From Spirochaetia bacterium (GTDB taxonomy: Bacteria; Spirochaetota; Spirochaetia; SZUA-6; Bin103), in contig CBDBOV010000001.1 in assembly GCA_965208575.1 (NCBI GenBank), positions 32,001 through 96,000 on the forward strand: a stretch of DNA of 64,000 nucleotides, read 5' to 3'. Positions 20,049 through 30,282 of this stretch are shown piece by piece (position 1 is the first letter of the stretch; every line of letters begins with the position of its first letter). The position numbers and the translations under genes were made by a program. Under the pieces are notes generated by a model. The model worked only from the letters and a program-made list of their open reading frames with translations, searched no databases and was not told where the DNA came from.

Positions 20049-21626
20049 ATGAGAGCGGTCCATCAACTGCCGCCGGAGGTTGTTCCCGACCGGGACTCGG
20101 GCGTGCCGCTCTATCGGCAGGTGTACCGGAGCCTACGCACGGCGATCCTGTCCGGGCGCTTGCAGCCGGGAACGCGGCTGCCTTCCACGCGGACCGCGGC
20201 GCTCGAGCTCGGCGTGGCGAGAAACACCGTGGTTGCCGTGTTCGAGCAGCTCGCCGACGAGGGCTTCGTGTCGTCCCGGGTAGGTGACGGCACCCGCGTC
20301 GCGGAGGTGGACGCGGCCGTGCTGCGCCGGTCGACGCGGAATTCCGGGAGCCCGATCGGCGCGCCCACCGGCGCCCGGACCCGTGCACGGACCGGCGCGG
20401 AGCCCACCCGCGCGGCGCAAGCGGGCGGTGCGTCGCTGTCGGAGCGCGGCAGGGCGCTGGCCGCGGTCGAGCGCGGCTCGGTTGCCATCGCGGCGTTCCA
20501 GACCGGGCTGCCCGACCTGGCGGCATTCCCGCACCAGGCGTGGGCGCGCCTGCTGGCCCGTCACGCGCGCGCGCCGGCCGCCGACCGCCTCGGCTACGGG
20601 GATGCGGCCGGCGACCCGCACCTGCGCGCCGCGATCGCCGCCTACGTCGCGGCCGCGCGCGGCGTGAACTGCACGCCGGCGCAGGTGATCGTGGTGACCG
20701 GCGCCCAGGCGGCGCTCGACCTTGCCGCCCGCATGCTCCTCGATCCCGGCGACCGTGCGTGGATCGAAGAGCCGGGATACCCCGGCGCGAGTGCCGCGCT
20801 GCTTGCCGCCGGCGCCCGCCTCGAGCCGGTCCCGGTCGACGCGGCCGGCATGGACGTGGCGGCCGGCCAGGCCTCCTGCCCCGGCGCCCGCCTGGCATAC
20901 ATCACCCCCTCGTGCCAGTACCCGGTGGGCTCCACCCTTACGCTGGAACGCCGCCTGCTGCTGCTCGACTGGGCGCAGCGCGCCGGCGCCTTCGTCATCG
21001 AGGATGACTACGACAGCGAGTACCGCTACCGCGGCCGCCCCATCGCATCGGTGCAGGGGCTCGATCCGCACGGCCGCGTCGTGTACGTCGGCACCTTCGC
21101 CAAGACCATGCTGCCGGCGCTGCGGGTCGGCTACCTGGTCGCCCCCGAACGCCTTGCGGGTGCGTTCGCCGCCGCGGTGCGCAACACCGGGCAGACCGCC
21201 CCGCAGCCGGTGCAGGGTGCGCTCGCCGAGTTCATCGACTCCGGGCTGTACGGCGCTCACGTGCGGCGCATGCGCAACCGCTACGCACAGCGCCAGGCCC
21301 TTCTGTTCGCGCTCGCCGGCAAGCACTTGCCCGGACTGGTCGAGCTGGCGCCGACCGCCGCCGGCATGCAGGTGGCGGCGTGGCTCCCCCGCGGCCCGGA
21401 CGACCGCGCCATTGCCGAAGCGGGTCGCCGGGCAGGCCTCGCGCTGCGTCCCCTGTCACCCTACTGGGTAGGCCCGGGCGCCCGTCCCGGCCTGCACCTC
21501 GGCTACGCCGCCGTCCCGGAGGAGGCCATGGAACCCGCCGTGCTGCGCCTCGCGTGCCTCCTCGCCGACCACGTGCCTGCTACTGGTTTAATTCGCCCAG
21601 AGTCCAAAGCATGCGTCCTGCGGTAG
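20049..21626 (+). CDS. GntR/MocR-family PLP-dependent transcriptional regulator
   Basis: PLYRQVY..RLPSTR..LGVARNTV wHTH; ITPSCQYP, IEDDYDSEYRY, YVGTFAK. Confidence 0.93.
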   Translation: MRAVHQLPPEVVPDRDSGVPLYRQVYRSLRTAILSGRLQPGTRLPSTRTAALELGVARNTVVAVFEQLADEGFVSSRVGDGTRVAEVDAAVLRRSTRNSGSPIGAPTGARTRARTGAEPTRAAQAGGASLSERGRALAAVERGSVAIAAFQTGLPDLAAFPHQAWARLLARHARAPAADRLGYGDAAGDPHLRAAIAAYVAAARGVNCTPAQVIVVTGAQAALDLAARMLLDPGDRAWIEEPGYPGASAALLAAGARLEPVPVDAAGMDVAAGQASCPGARLAYITPSCQYPVGSTLTLERRLLLLDWAQRAGAFVIEDDYDSEYRYRGRPIASVQGLDPHGRVVYVGTFAKTMLPALRVGYLVAPERLAGAFAAAVRNTGQTAPQPVQGALAEFIDSGLYGAHVRRMRNRYAQRQALLFALAGKHLPGLVELAPTAAGMQVAAWLPRGPDDRAIAEAGRRAGLALRPLSPYWVGPGARPGLHLGYAAVPEEAMEPAVLRLACLLADHVPATGLIRPESKACVLR

Positions 21627-21873
21627 TGAACGCGCTGCCTGGAGCCACGCCGCCGGCCATCGGCGAGCCGTCGAACCAGCCTGCTGCCCGCCACGAAACA
21701 AGCCCTTGTTTTTGCGTCCTACCGCATAGAACAACCGGTTGTTTAGCCGTTCGAAGAGAATAATCTGGACATGACTGTGCAAGCACCGATGAAGTTCCGC
21801 GTTCAAGCTCTCGCCGTGCCTCATCGCGTGATGGGAGTCGTCCGGCTCAGGGCAGTGTGGTAAGTTTGCGTAG

Positions 21874-22164
21874 ATGGACGTGAAGGAGGCTGTGCGAACG
21901 GCCAAGGACTACATCAACACGATGTATGCCGACGAGCAGATCAGCAGCGTGGGCCTTGAAGAGGTGAAGTTCGAGGGCGGACTGCCGGACACCTGGGACG
22001 TGACGATCGGCTTTTTTCGGTCGTTTGCCGGCGAGCCGCCGACTCAACTGGCGGCGGCGCTCCAGAGAGACCCGCGGCGCCGCATATACAAGATCGTCCG
22101 CATCAACGACGCGGACGGCCGTGTCGTGGCCATGCTGCACCGGGTTGTTGGCGATGAGCGATGA
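21874..22164 (+). CDS. Small hypothetical protein, probable partner of the PIN protein
   Basis: MDVKEAVRTAKDY...GLEEVKF...WDVTIGF...YKIVRI. Overlaps the PIN gene start. Confidence 0.75.
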   Translation: MDVKEAVRTAKDYINTMYADEQISSVGLEEVKFEGGLPDTWDVTIGFFRSFAGEPPTQLAAALQRDPRRRIYKIVRINDADGRVVAMLHRVVGDER

Positions 22165-22624
22165 AACGCCGCATACCGGGTTGCTCATCGACGCGAACCT
22201 GCTCGTGCTGCTTGCGGCAGGTCGCACGGATCCCCGGTTGATCGCCAAACACAAGAGGCTGACGGAGTTTACGTCCGATGACTACGAGCGCCTGACGGAT
22301 CTGATTATTGAGCACGGCAGGGCATTGGTGATGCCGAACACGCTCACGGAGGCGTCCAATCTGCTGGCACAGCATGGAGATCCTGAGCGGTCCCGAATGT
22401 TCGGCACGCTCAGGTTTCTGATTGAGGATGCCGAGGAAGTCGTAATCGCGAGCGTCGACGCGGCGCGCAACAGCGCGTTCAAGCGGCTAGGTCTCACGGA
22501 CGCGGCTCTGCTGGAGGTGGTTTCCGACGCAACGCCGCTGGTCACGGTGGATCTCGACCTCTACCTGGCCGCATCGCGGCACGCGCCGAACGCAGCACTC
22601 AATTTCAGGCATCTTACGGCCTGA
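22154..22624 (+). CDS. PIN-domain protein
   Basis: LLIDANLLVL, PNTLTEASNL, LGLTDA, LVTVDLDL acidic motifs. Confidence 0.85.
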   Translation: MSDETPHTGLLIDANLLVLLAAGRTDPRLIAKHKRLTEFTSDDYERLTDLIIEHGRALVMPNTLTEASNLLAQHGDPERSRMFGTLRFLIEDAEEVVIASVDAARNSAFKRLGLTDAALLEVVSDATPLVTVDLDLYLAASRHAPNAALNFRHLTA

Positions 22625-22693
22625 CCCGGTCAATCCCGGACTCGCCATCGGGCTCGCCGGAACCGGGGGCCAGCTCCGTGGTAGGGTGGCGGC

Positions 22694-24148
22694 GTGCGAC
22701 CCACCAACCTGCTGTTCATCCTGTCCGATCAACACACCCGTTCCGGGCTCGGCTGCTACGGCGGCCCCGGCATCACCCCGCATCTCGACGCGCTCGCGCG
22801 GCGCGGCACCCGCTTCGACGCCGCCTACACCAACTGCCCGATCTGCGTACCCGAGCGCGCCTCGCTGGCCACCGGCCGCTACGTGCACGAGATCGGCTTC
22901 TGGGACAACGGCATCCCCTACGACGGCAGCGTGCCGAGCTGGGGCCACCACCTGCGCGGCGAGGGGTTCACCGTCGACTCGATCGGCAAGCTGCACTTCC
23001 GCAGCAGCGACGACGACAACGGTTTCAGCCGCGAAATCGAGCCGCTGCACGTGGTGGAGGGGCTCGGCGACCTGCTGAGCTGCGTGCGCGACGACCCGCC
23101 GCGCCGCAACGCCCGCCGCGGCGTGCAGGCCGCCGGCCCCGGCGACTCCACCTACCTCACGTACGACGTACGCAACGCCGACAACGCCATCGCCTGGCTG
23201 CGCGCGCAGGCCGGCGCGCCGAAACCGTGGGTGCTGTTCCTGTCCTTCGTGTGCCCCCATCCCCCCTACATCGGGCCGGAGTCGTGGTACCGCCGCTACC
23301 GGGAGATGGCGGGGGACGTGCCGCTGCCGCCGCAGTGGCAGCCCGAGCAGTGGCCGCGCAACCCCGCCATGGCCCACTTTCGCCACTTCTTCCACCAGGA
23401 CGAGCCGTTCACCGAGGAGGAACTGCGCAACCTGAACGCCGCCTACTACGCCGCCTGCAGCCACTTGGACGCGCAGATCGGGCGCGTGCTCGGCGCCCTG
23501 GCCGAGCTCGGGCTGGCGGGCGACACCCGCGTCATCTACAGCTCCGATCACGGCGAGTCGGCCGGCGCGCGCGGCCTCACCGGCAAGTTCACCATGTACG
23601 ACGAGTCGGCCGGGGTGCCGCTGATCGTGGCCGGGCCGGACGTGCCGGCCGGGCGCGCGGTGGCTACTCCCGCGAGCCTGGTGGACTGCTACCCGGCGGT
23701 GGTGTCCGCGGTGGGCGGCACGCCGGCGGGCGGCCTGCCGGGCGCCGACTTGTGGCAACTGGCGGCGGGGCCGGAGCAGGACCGCACCGTGTTCAGCGAG
23801 TACCACGCCATCGGCTCGGCATCCGCCCACTACATGCTGCGCGCCGCGCGCCACAAGTACGTCTACTACGTGGGCGGCCCGCCGCAGCTCTTCGACCTGG
23901 CCGCCGACCCCGGGGAGCGCCACGACCTGGCCGAGTCTCCGGACCGGGAGGCCGCCGCCCTGCTGGCCCGCTTAGAAGCCGAGTTGCGCGACCTGCTCGA
24001 CCCGGAGGCGGTCGACCGCCGGGCCAAGGCGGACCAGGCGGCGCGGGTGGCCGCATACGGCGGCCGCGAAGCGGTGCTGGCCCGCGGCACCTTCGCCAAC
24101 TCGCCCACACCCGACGACAAGCCCACCTGGGCCTACCCCGGCGCCTGA
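22694..24148 (+). CDS. Sulfatase (choline-sulfatase-like)
   Basis: NLLFILSDQH, CVPERASLATG (CxPxR), GKLH, YSSDHGE, QLFDLAADPGE. Confidence 0.92.
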   Translation: MRPTNLLFILSDQHTRSGLGCYGGPGITPHLDALARRGTRFDAAYTNCPICVPERASLATGRYVHEIGFWDNGIPYDGSVPSWGHHLRGEGFTVDSIGKLHFRSSDDDNGFSREIEPLHVVEGLGDLLSCVRDDPPRRNARRGVQAAGPGDSTYLTYDVRNADNAIAWLRAQAGAPKPWVLFLSFVCPHPPYIGPESWYRRYREMAGDVPLPPQWQPEQWPRNPAMAHFRHFFHQDEPFTEEELRNLNAAYYAACSHLDAQIGRVLGALAELGLAGDTRVIYSSDHGESAGARGLTGKFTMYDESAGVPLIVAGPDVPAGRAVATPASLVDCYPAVVSAVGGTPAGGLPGADLWQLAAGPEQDRTVFSEYHAIGSASAHYMLRAARHKYVYYVGGPPQLFDLAADPGERHDLAESPDREAAALLARLEAELRDLLDPEAVDRRAKADQAARVAAYGGREAVLARGTFANSPTPDDKPTWAYPGA

Positions 24149-24161
24149 CGAGCTGCCGGCC

Positions 24162-27029
24162 TCAGCGCCGGCTGTCCGCCGCCTCCGGCGTCAGCACGAT
24201 GCGCACGTAGCGGTCGCGGGAAAGGTAGCGTTGCCCCGCCGCCGCCATCCGTCTCCCCGAGAGATTCTCCAACTGCCTGGTGGAGTCGGGGATGGCCTGG
24301 AATGAGGATCCGTGTTGCACCGCCTCCAGGATCGACTCCGCCCAGAACGGGTTGCCGCGAGCCTGCTCCTCATGATCGGCAAGCAATGTCTCCTTTACTT
24401 GCTCCACGTACCCGAGCGCCTGTCCAGAGTACAATAGCGAAACCAGTTCTTCTATCGTCAGGAACACCTCTTCAAGGAGTTCGTCGGCACGCTCCGGTTC
24501 GTGCTGGTAGATGATGGCCAATTCGTACTCAGGGTCGGGCAACCGTTGAGTGGTCACCGCCGTGACGACCATGTACCCGCCGAGATGGGTGCGAAACCGA
24601 TGACTCAACTCGGCGTTGAGGATCTCCGTAAAGACCGTTAGGGGCAGCAGCTCGATGTCGATGCGCTGCAGCTCACCGGCGAACACCACGGCGGTGACGC
24701 TGCGCTCGCCGGGCACTCCCGGGACTTGGACGTCCACGACGCCAGCGGGGGGATCGATGCCGTGATCACGCCACTGCTCGTCGCGACCGGTTGCAGGCAG
24801 CGCCGCGAGATGTCGGCCGGCCAGAGCCCGGAGCCGGTCCCAATCGAACGCCCCGACGATAACGAAGGTGAAGTCGCCGAAGTCCTGGAACCGATCCGTG
24901 TAGATTGCGCGCACCTGTTCCACGCCGATCTCTTCCACCTGTTGCAACGTTGACGGGCGCTTGCGCGGGTGGCCTTGACTCAGCGCGCTTCGGATGGCCG
25001 TGCCGAGCAGCGCGATCGAGTCTTGGGGCCTGCTCTCGACCTCTTCGCGAAGTGTCGCCACGACGGTGGCGACGACTGCCGGATCCACGCGGCGAGTGCC
25101 GCCATACAGGGTAATCAACTCGAACAGAGTCTCCAGATCGTCTGGCGAGGACACGCCGACGAATCCCTCGAACACCTCGCCGATGTATGGCTCCAGCGAC
25201 ACAACCCTGCCGGCCAGCAACGCTTGCAGTGCGGCTTGATCGTGCGGTCCGGCTCCACTGTCTCGAATTACCTCCGCCGCGACGGTCGCGGCCAACAGGT
25301 CGTCGTCCTCGACCAGTGACCAACCGCCGGGACTGCTTGCGCTTACCACCACCTCGTCACGGTCGAAGTTGGTCTGCTTGGCGATCACGATCACGCCATT
25401 GGACAGCGTCCAGCGTACCGCGCCGATCTCATCGAGCGCGGTCTCGGCAACGATGCGGCCGGGCGGCGGCAGATCCGCGAGCAGCGGGCCGTCGCCGGTT
25501 CCGCTCTCAGGGCGAGCCACGTCCAGCGTTGCCGCTCGCTCCAGCTTGTTCAGCAGCGCCTGCTCCAAGTCAGTGGCCGATGGTCCGAGTTCCGGCCCGC
25601 TGACCAGTACGACCGTGTTCGCGGGGTCGCGCCACGGCTCCACCGCCTCGTTTACGTCCTGCAACGACATCTCCCGCAGGGTCCGCGGCCATTGTTCGAT
25701 CCCGGCAACCCACTCCCCGGTAAGGAAGTGAAGCGCATATGCGTCCGCCAAAAAGCCATTCCGGCGCCGTTCGACTTCCCGAGACGCCCGCTTGGTGGCG
25801 CGCAGGAGTGTGCGTTGCTGATGCTCGAACTCGGCCTCAGTGAATCCGTAACGCAGAACCCGCTGCATCTCTTCCAACAGCGCGTCGACGCCGCGCACAA
25901 CCCCATCTCCGGAAACCCCCGCAACGAGGGAGATCGCCGGAACCCCCGGAACAGGTTCAACTACCTCGGCGTCGGCGTACCGGTATGGCATCGGTTCCAC
26001 TACCCGACGCTTCTCCAGGCGGGAGTTCATCATCTGCGTGAGCATCAGTGTCGCCGCCTGGTGCCGGATTGCAGTGCCACCCTGGAGTTGCTTCGTCGCC
26101 CGGTTGGTGATGACCGATACCGTGGTTCCGCGCAACCGGGCGTCCGTGTGCACGCGGACTCGCGGCCCGGACACCCATTTCGCGGATGGGCGTCGGAAAG
26201 GCGTTACCTGGTCAGGCGAACCTGCTGCCTGCGGATATGAGGATTGGGCCTCGGGCGGTGTCGTGAAGTGTTGCCGGATCTGCTCGACGGTCGCCGCGGA
26301 ATCAACGTCCCCCACCACGATGACCGCCATCCGATGCGGCCGGTACCAGCGCCGGAAGAAGTCGCGCAGGGTCTCCGGCGTGGCAGACTCGATCACCTCC
26401 AGGAGTCCGAGCGGATTGAACAGGGAAACATCGGAACCGCCAACCAGAAAAGCCTGCAGATGGTCGCCGCGTAGCCGCTCCGCGTTCTGCTTGAGGTGCC
26501 ACTCTGACAACACCACGGCGCGCTCCAGGTGGACCGCGCCGGGATCGAAATTGACAGCGTAGGCCCACTCGCTGAGGATCGCGACGGCGTTTCGGGCAGC
26601 CTCCGTCTGCCCGGTCGGGACTTCGATCGTGAAGGTGGTTTCGCCGAGCGCGGTAATGCCGACGGCAACACCCCCCATCGACGCCAGCAGCTCGTCGGCA
26701 TGATCATCGGGAAAGCCGGTGGTTCCGCGGAACGCCATGTGCTCGACGAAGTGGGCCAGACCGCGCTCGTGTTCCCGTTCCAGCATCGAACCGACCCCCA
26801 CCACCAGTCGCAGGTGGGCGCGCTCCGGCGGGTCGTCGCTGTGCCGTACGTAGTAGGTGAGACCGTTGCCGAGCCTGCCGTGCAGAACCGCGGAATCGAG
26901 CGGCTGGCCGTCCTCGGGAGACTGCGCACCGGCGCCGCGTGCCGACACGGCGAGCGTCGCCAGAGCTGCGAACAGCAGCGCTGCGATGATGCACTTCGCT
27001 GGCTGAACGAACGTTCTGATTGGCGTCAC
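24162..27029 (-). CDS. M16 (insulinase/PqqL-like) zinc peptidase
   Basis: LGNGLTYYV, GLAHFVEHMAFRGT (HXXEH), WYRPHRMAVIVVGD, second half TLSNGV. Start GTG 27029 inferred. Confidence 0.88.
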   Translation of the reverse strand: MTPIRTFVQPAKCIIAALLFAALATLAVSARGAGAQSPEDGQPLDSAVLHGRLGNGLTYYVRHSDDPPERAHLRLVVGVGSMLEREHERGLAHFVEHMAFRGTTGFPDDHADELLASMGGVAVGITALGETTFTIEVPTGQTEAARNAVAILSEWAYAVNFDPGAVHLERAVVLSEWHLKQNAERLRGDHLQAFLVGGSDVSLFNPLGLLEVIESATPETLRDFFRRWYRPHRMAVIVVGDVDSAATVEQIRQHFTTPPEAQSSYPQAAGSPDQVTPFRRPSAKWVSGPRVRVHTDARLRGTTVSVITNRATKQLQGGTAIRHQAATLMLTQMMNSRLEKRRVVEPMPYRYADAEVVEPVPGVPAISLVAGVSGDGVVRGVDALLEEMQRVLRYGFTEAEFEHQQRTLLRATKRASREVERRRNGFLADAYALHFLTGEWVAGIEQWPRTLREMSLQDVNEAVEPWRDPANTVVLVSGPELGPSATDLEQALLNKLERAATLDVARPESGTGDGPLLADLPPPGRIVAETALDEIGAVRWTLSNGVIVIAKQTNFDRDEVVVSASSPGGWSLVEDDDLLAATVAAEVIRDSGAGPHDQAALQALLAGRVVSLEPYIGEVFEGFVGVSSPDDLETLFELITLYGGTRRVDPAVVATVVATLREEVESRPQDSIALLGTAIRSALSQGHPRKRPSTLQQVEEIGVEQVRAIYTDRFQDFGDFTFVIVGAFDWDRLRALAGRHLAALPATGRDEQWRDHGIDPPAGVVDVQVPGVPGERSVTAVVFAGELQRIDIELLPLTVFTEILNAELSHRFRTHLGGYMVVTAVTTQRLPDPEYELAIIYQHEPERADELLEEVFLTIEELVSLLYSGQALGYVEQVKETLLADHEEQARGNPFWAESILEAVQHGSSFQAIPDSTRQLENLSGRRMAAAGQRYLSRDRYVRIVLTPEAADSRR

Positions 27030-27170
27030 GGACCGGATCGTAGCGCATCCAGTACGCCGGCGGAAGCCGTGACAAGAACTGGCCAGAGCTGGCCGGCGCC
27101 GGATGGTGCTCAGGCGGTGCGCGACCACCGGACGTGGTGCGGCGCGGCGGTCGGTGTGCGTTGGAGCGTG

Positions 27171-28190
27171 TTACGGGAGCACCGGGCTGATCGCTTCCTC
27201 TGGTGGGAAGTTGCGTCCCGCCGCCCGCACGTAGACCTGGAACGGCTTGCCTGCCGCGACGCGCAGGTTGGCTGCCTCGTAGGAGATGCTCTGCTCCGGC
27301 CCCAGGCGGAACCGGCCGCTCTCGGCCTGGTCCCAAGCCGATTCCGTGCCGGGCCGGCGCAGCGCAACGTACACGGTAGCGCCGTGCGCGGTCTCCGAGC
27401 CCAGGTTGCGCACCGACGCCGTCACGTCGACCACTACCGCGTCGGTGAGCTGCCGGGACTGCGCAGTGAACTGCACCCACAGTACCGGGCGCTCGACGAT
27501 CGGCAGCACCGTTGCCCGGGCACCTTGAATGCTCGGCGGCACCCCTCCGACGCCCCAGTCGTCCACGGTGGTCTCCAGGTAGCAGTAGCGCGTCCCCCGG
27601 TGCGAATAGTAGCGCTGACCGGGAGCGGGGCGGCATGCAAAGCCCACGGCCACGTGCCCCGGTTCCGGGAACTGCAGCAGCGCCACCTCGTAGCGCAGTT
27701 CGTGGAGCATCGCGGAAACGAGTATCGAAGTGTCTTCGCAGTCGCCGCCGCCGTCGTAGAGCGTCTCGTACGGGAATCGCGGGTATTCGTCGTACCCGGT
27801 GGTGAGGTCGTCGGCCGTGTAGGGGAGATTCTGCACGAAGGAGACGATGAAGTACGGGATCTCGGAGTCCGGCAGCCCGGACGCCGCGCCGTAGCGAGCG
27901 AGCTTTCCGGTGATGTTCCGGATGAACCGCTTGCTGAAGTGATCCGAGGCGAACAGGTCGTAGTCGCGCCGCCGCTCCCGTTGCCGGAACCTCTCGTAAG
28001 TACCGGCATGCAGATCGAGTGCCACGCTGTAGGTGCGCCCGCCATACTGCCAGACGAATTCCCGGTCCCCGGCGCGAGGATCGTCGATGCCGCGGGTGGT
28101 GCCGCAACCGGGCAGAACGATCGCCACTATCGCCAGTACGAAGGCGAGGCGTGTCCGGGCAACCAGCCTGGAAGCGCGCATGGTTTTCAT
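27171..28190 (-). CDS. Lipoprotein with transglutaminase-like domain
   Basis: Lipobox LPGC; FVQNLPY..EYPRFPYETL..GDCEDTSIL..GHVAVG..YLETT. Confidence 0.8.
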   Translation of the reverse strand: MKTMRASRLVARTRLAFVLAIVAIVLPGCGTTRGIDDPRAGDREFVWQYGGRTYSVALDLHAGTYERFRQRERRRDYDLFASDHFSKRFIRNITGKLARYGAASGLPDSEIPYFIVSFVQNLPYTADDLTTGYDEYPRFPYETLYDGGGDCEDTSILVSAMLHELRYEVALLQFPEPGHVAVGFACRPAPGQRYYSHRGTRYCYLETTVDDWGVGGVPPSIQGARATVLPIVERPVLWVQFTAQSRQLTDAVVVDVTASVRNLGSETAHGATVYVALRRPGTESAWDQAESGRFRLGPEQSISYEAANLRVAAGKPFQVYVRAAGRNFPPEEAISPVLP

Positions 28191-28212
28191 TGTCGGCAAC
28201 AAGGTCGCCGCT

Positions 28213-28252
28213 CTGCCGTCCTGCCGCCCTGCCGTCCTGCCGTCCTGCCGTC
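28213..28252. repeat. 8-bp tandem repeat (CTGCCGTC) x5
   Basis: ctgccgtc ctgccgcc ctgccgtc ctgccgtc ctgccgtc directly upstream of the lipoprotein gene. Confidence 0.8.
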
Positions 28253-28312
28253 CCGCGGCTCGCGGGAGCTGCGCCGGGTCCCGCGGCTACGGGCCGCCGC
28301 CCGCCGGGCGCT

Positions 28313-30100
28313 TCAGATACGGGCCTGGTATTCGTACAGGCGCCGGTAGCGGCCGGCGGCGGCGATCAACTCGTCGTGGCGGCCGCGCTCGACGATGCGG
28401 CCGCCCTCCACCACCAGGATCTGGTCGGCGCGGCGGATGGTGCTCAGGCGGTGCGCGATCACCAGCGTGGTGCGGCCCTTCATGAGCTGTGCCAGGCTCT
28501 CCTGGATGAACGCCTCGCTCTCGTTGTCCAGGTTGGAGGTGGCCTCGTCCAGGATCAGCACGCGCGGGTCGGCGAGGATGGCGCGCGCGAGGGCGACGCG
28601 CTGGCGCTGGCCGCCGGACAGCTTCACGCCGCGCTCGCCAATGGTCGTGTCGAGTCCCAACTCCAGGCGCGACGAGAACTCGATCACGTGCGCCGCCCGC
28701 ACCGCGCGCATCAGCTCCTCTTCGGCGGCGTCGGGGCGGGCGAACAGGATGTTCTCGCGGATGGTGCCGGCGAACAGGAACTCGTCCTGCAGCACCACGC
28801 CGAGGTGGCGTCGGAAGCTGTCCAGCCGCACCGCGGCCAGGTCGTGGCCGTCGATGCTCACGATGCCGGCGTCCGGCGCCAGGAACGACGCCGCCAGCCC
28901 GGCAATGGTGGTCTTGCCCGACCCGGAGCTGCCCACCAGCGCGGTCATGGTGTCGGCCGGCGCCTCCAGGCACACGTCGTGCAGCACCTGCTCGCCCTCC
29001 TGGTAGGCAAACGACACGTGGTCGAAGCGGATGTGGCCGTCGATCCGCTCCAGCGTGACGGTGCGCTCCGGCTCGTTGCCCTCCGGCTGCCTGGCCATCA
29101 CCTCCTCGATGCGGTCGAGCCCGGCGAACGCCTCGGTGATCTCGGTGCCGATGCGGCTCATCTGCACGATCGGGGTGATCATGAAGCCGAGGTACAGGCT
29201 GAACGACACGAAGTCGCCCACCGTCATCGCATCGCGCAGGATCAGCGACCCGCCCACTCCCATGATCAGCACCGCGCTCAGTCCCATGATCACGGTGCCG
29301 CCGCTGGTCACCAGGCTGGTGGCGGTGAGCGAACGGCGCACGTTGGCGAAGATGCGCTCCACGCCGGCGCCGAACACGCGCTCCTCGTGCGGCTCGGCGT
29401 GGAATCCCTTGACCACCCGGATCCCGGCCAGCGCCTCGGTGAGGCGGCCGGTGACCTCGGCGTTGATGGCGCCGCGCTGGCGGAAGATCGGCCGGATCAA
29501 GGCGAACGCGCGTCCCGAGACGGCGCCGAACACGGCCAGCGGCAGGAAGGTGTACAGCGTCATCGGCACGCTGATGCGCAGCAGCAGGACCAGCACCACC
29601 ACCGTGGTAAGGGCGCCGCCCACCAGGTGCACCAGGCCGGTGCCGACCAGGTTGCGCACCCCCTCGGCGTCGGTCATCACGCGCGACACCAGGGCGCCGG
29701 TCTGGTTGTTGTCGAAGAACGCCACCGGCAGGCGCAGCAGGTGGCGCTGCACGCGGGCGCGCAACGTCGAGATCAGGTGCTGCGCCTGCACGCTCAGCAG
29801 GCGGGTGAGCAGGAACGAGCTGGCGCCCTGCACCAGCACCGCCGCGCACACCGCCAGCAGCAGCGGGCCGAGCAGGGCGGTGTCGCGGCCGCCGATCACG
29901 TCGTCGATCAGGTACTTCGACGCCCCCGGCAGCACCAGTCCGGTCAGCCGGTTCACCACGATCAGCGCCAGCCCGAGCAGCAGCAGCCAGCGCCGCGGCC
30001 AGATGATCTCCGTCACCACGCGGCGCAGGCTGGCCGCCGGCACCGTCCTGGCGCTCCTGTTCGGCCCGTCGAGGGTGGTTGCCGCGCTCCGGTTGCTCAT
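28313..30100 (-). CDS. ABC exporter, fused permease/ATPase (MsbA/MdlB-like)
   Basis: TM domain plus GSSGSGKTT, LSGGQRQR, ILDEATS, IAHRLST. Confidence 0.95.
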   Translation of the reverse strand: MSNRSAATTLDGPNRSARTVPAASLRRVVTEIIWPRRWLLLLGLALIVVNRLTGLVLPGASKYLIDDVIGGRDTALLGPLLLAVCAAVLVQGASSFLLTRLLSVQAQHLISTLRARVQRHLLRLPVAFFDNNQTGALVSRVMTDAEGVRNLVGTGLVHLVGGALTTVVVLVLLLRISVPMTLYTFLPLAVFGAVSGRAFALIRPIFRQRGAINAEVTGRLTEALAGIRVVKGFHAEPHEERVFGAGVERIFANVRRSLTATSLVTSGGTVIMGLSAVLIMGVGGSLILRDAMTVGDFVSFSLYLGFMITPIVQMSRIGTEITEAFAGLDRIEEVMARQPEGNEPERTVTLERIDGHIRFDHVSFAYQEGEQVLHDVCLEAPADTMTALVGSSGSGKTTIAGLAASFLAPDAGIVSIDGHDLAAVRLDSFRRHLGVVLQDEFLFAGTIRENILFARPDAAEEELMRAVRAAHVIEFSSRLELGLDTTIGERGVKLSGGQRQRVALARAILADPRVLILDEATSNLDNESEAFIQESLAQLMKGRTTLVIAHRLSTIRRADQILVVEGGRIVERGRHDELIAAAGRYRRLYEYQARI

Positions 30101-30245
30101 GATCGACCCGCGTTAAGGTACTTCAAACGCCGCGCCGGGGCAGCGCGGATCATCGCACCTCGCGCCGCGCCTTCGCCGGGGCGGCGGCCGTGACGGCCGG
30201 GAGTTGGCGTCCCGGACCGGGGTAGACTGGGTAGACCGGCACGGG

Positions 30246-30274
30246 TTGCCAGGCGCCGCGCCGCGCCGTAGGCT
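30246..30274 (+). promoter_or_regulatory. Sigma70-type promoter, probably leaderless transcript
   Basis: TTGCCA-N17-TAGGCT, 8 nt before ATG 30283, no SD. Confidence 0.55.
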
Positions 30275-30282
30275 GCGCTGCG

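Noticed and set aside
18835-21486. Diversity-generating retroelement template/variable repeat pair
   Set aside because: Mismatches are mostly synonymous and not adenine-specific, and there is no reverse transcriptase in the window.
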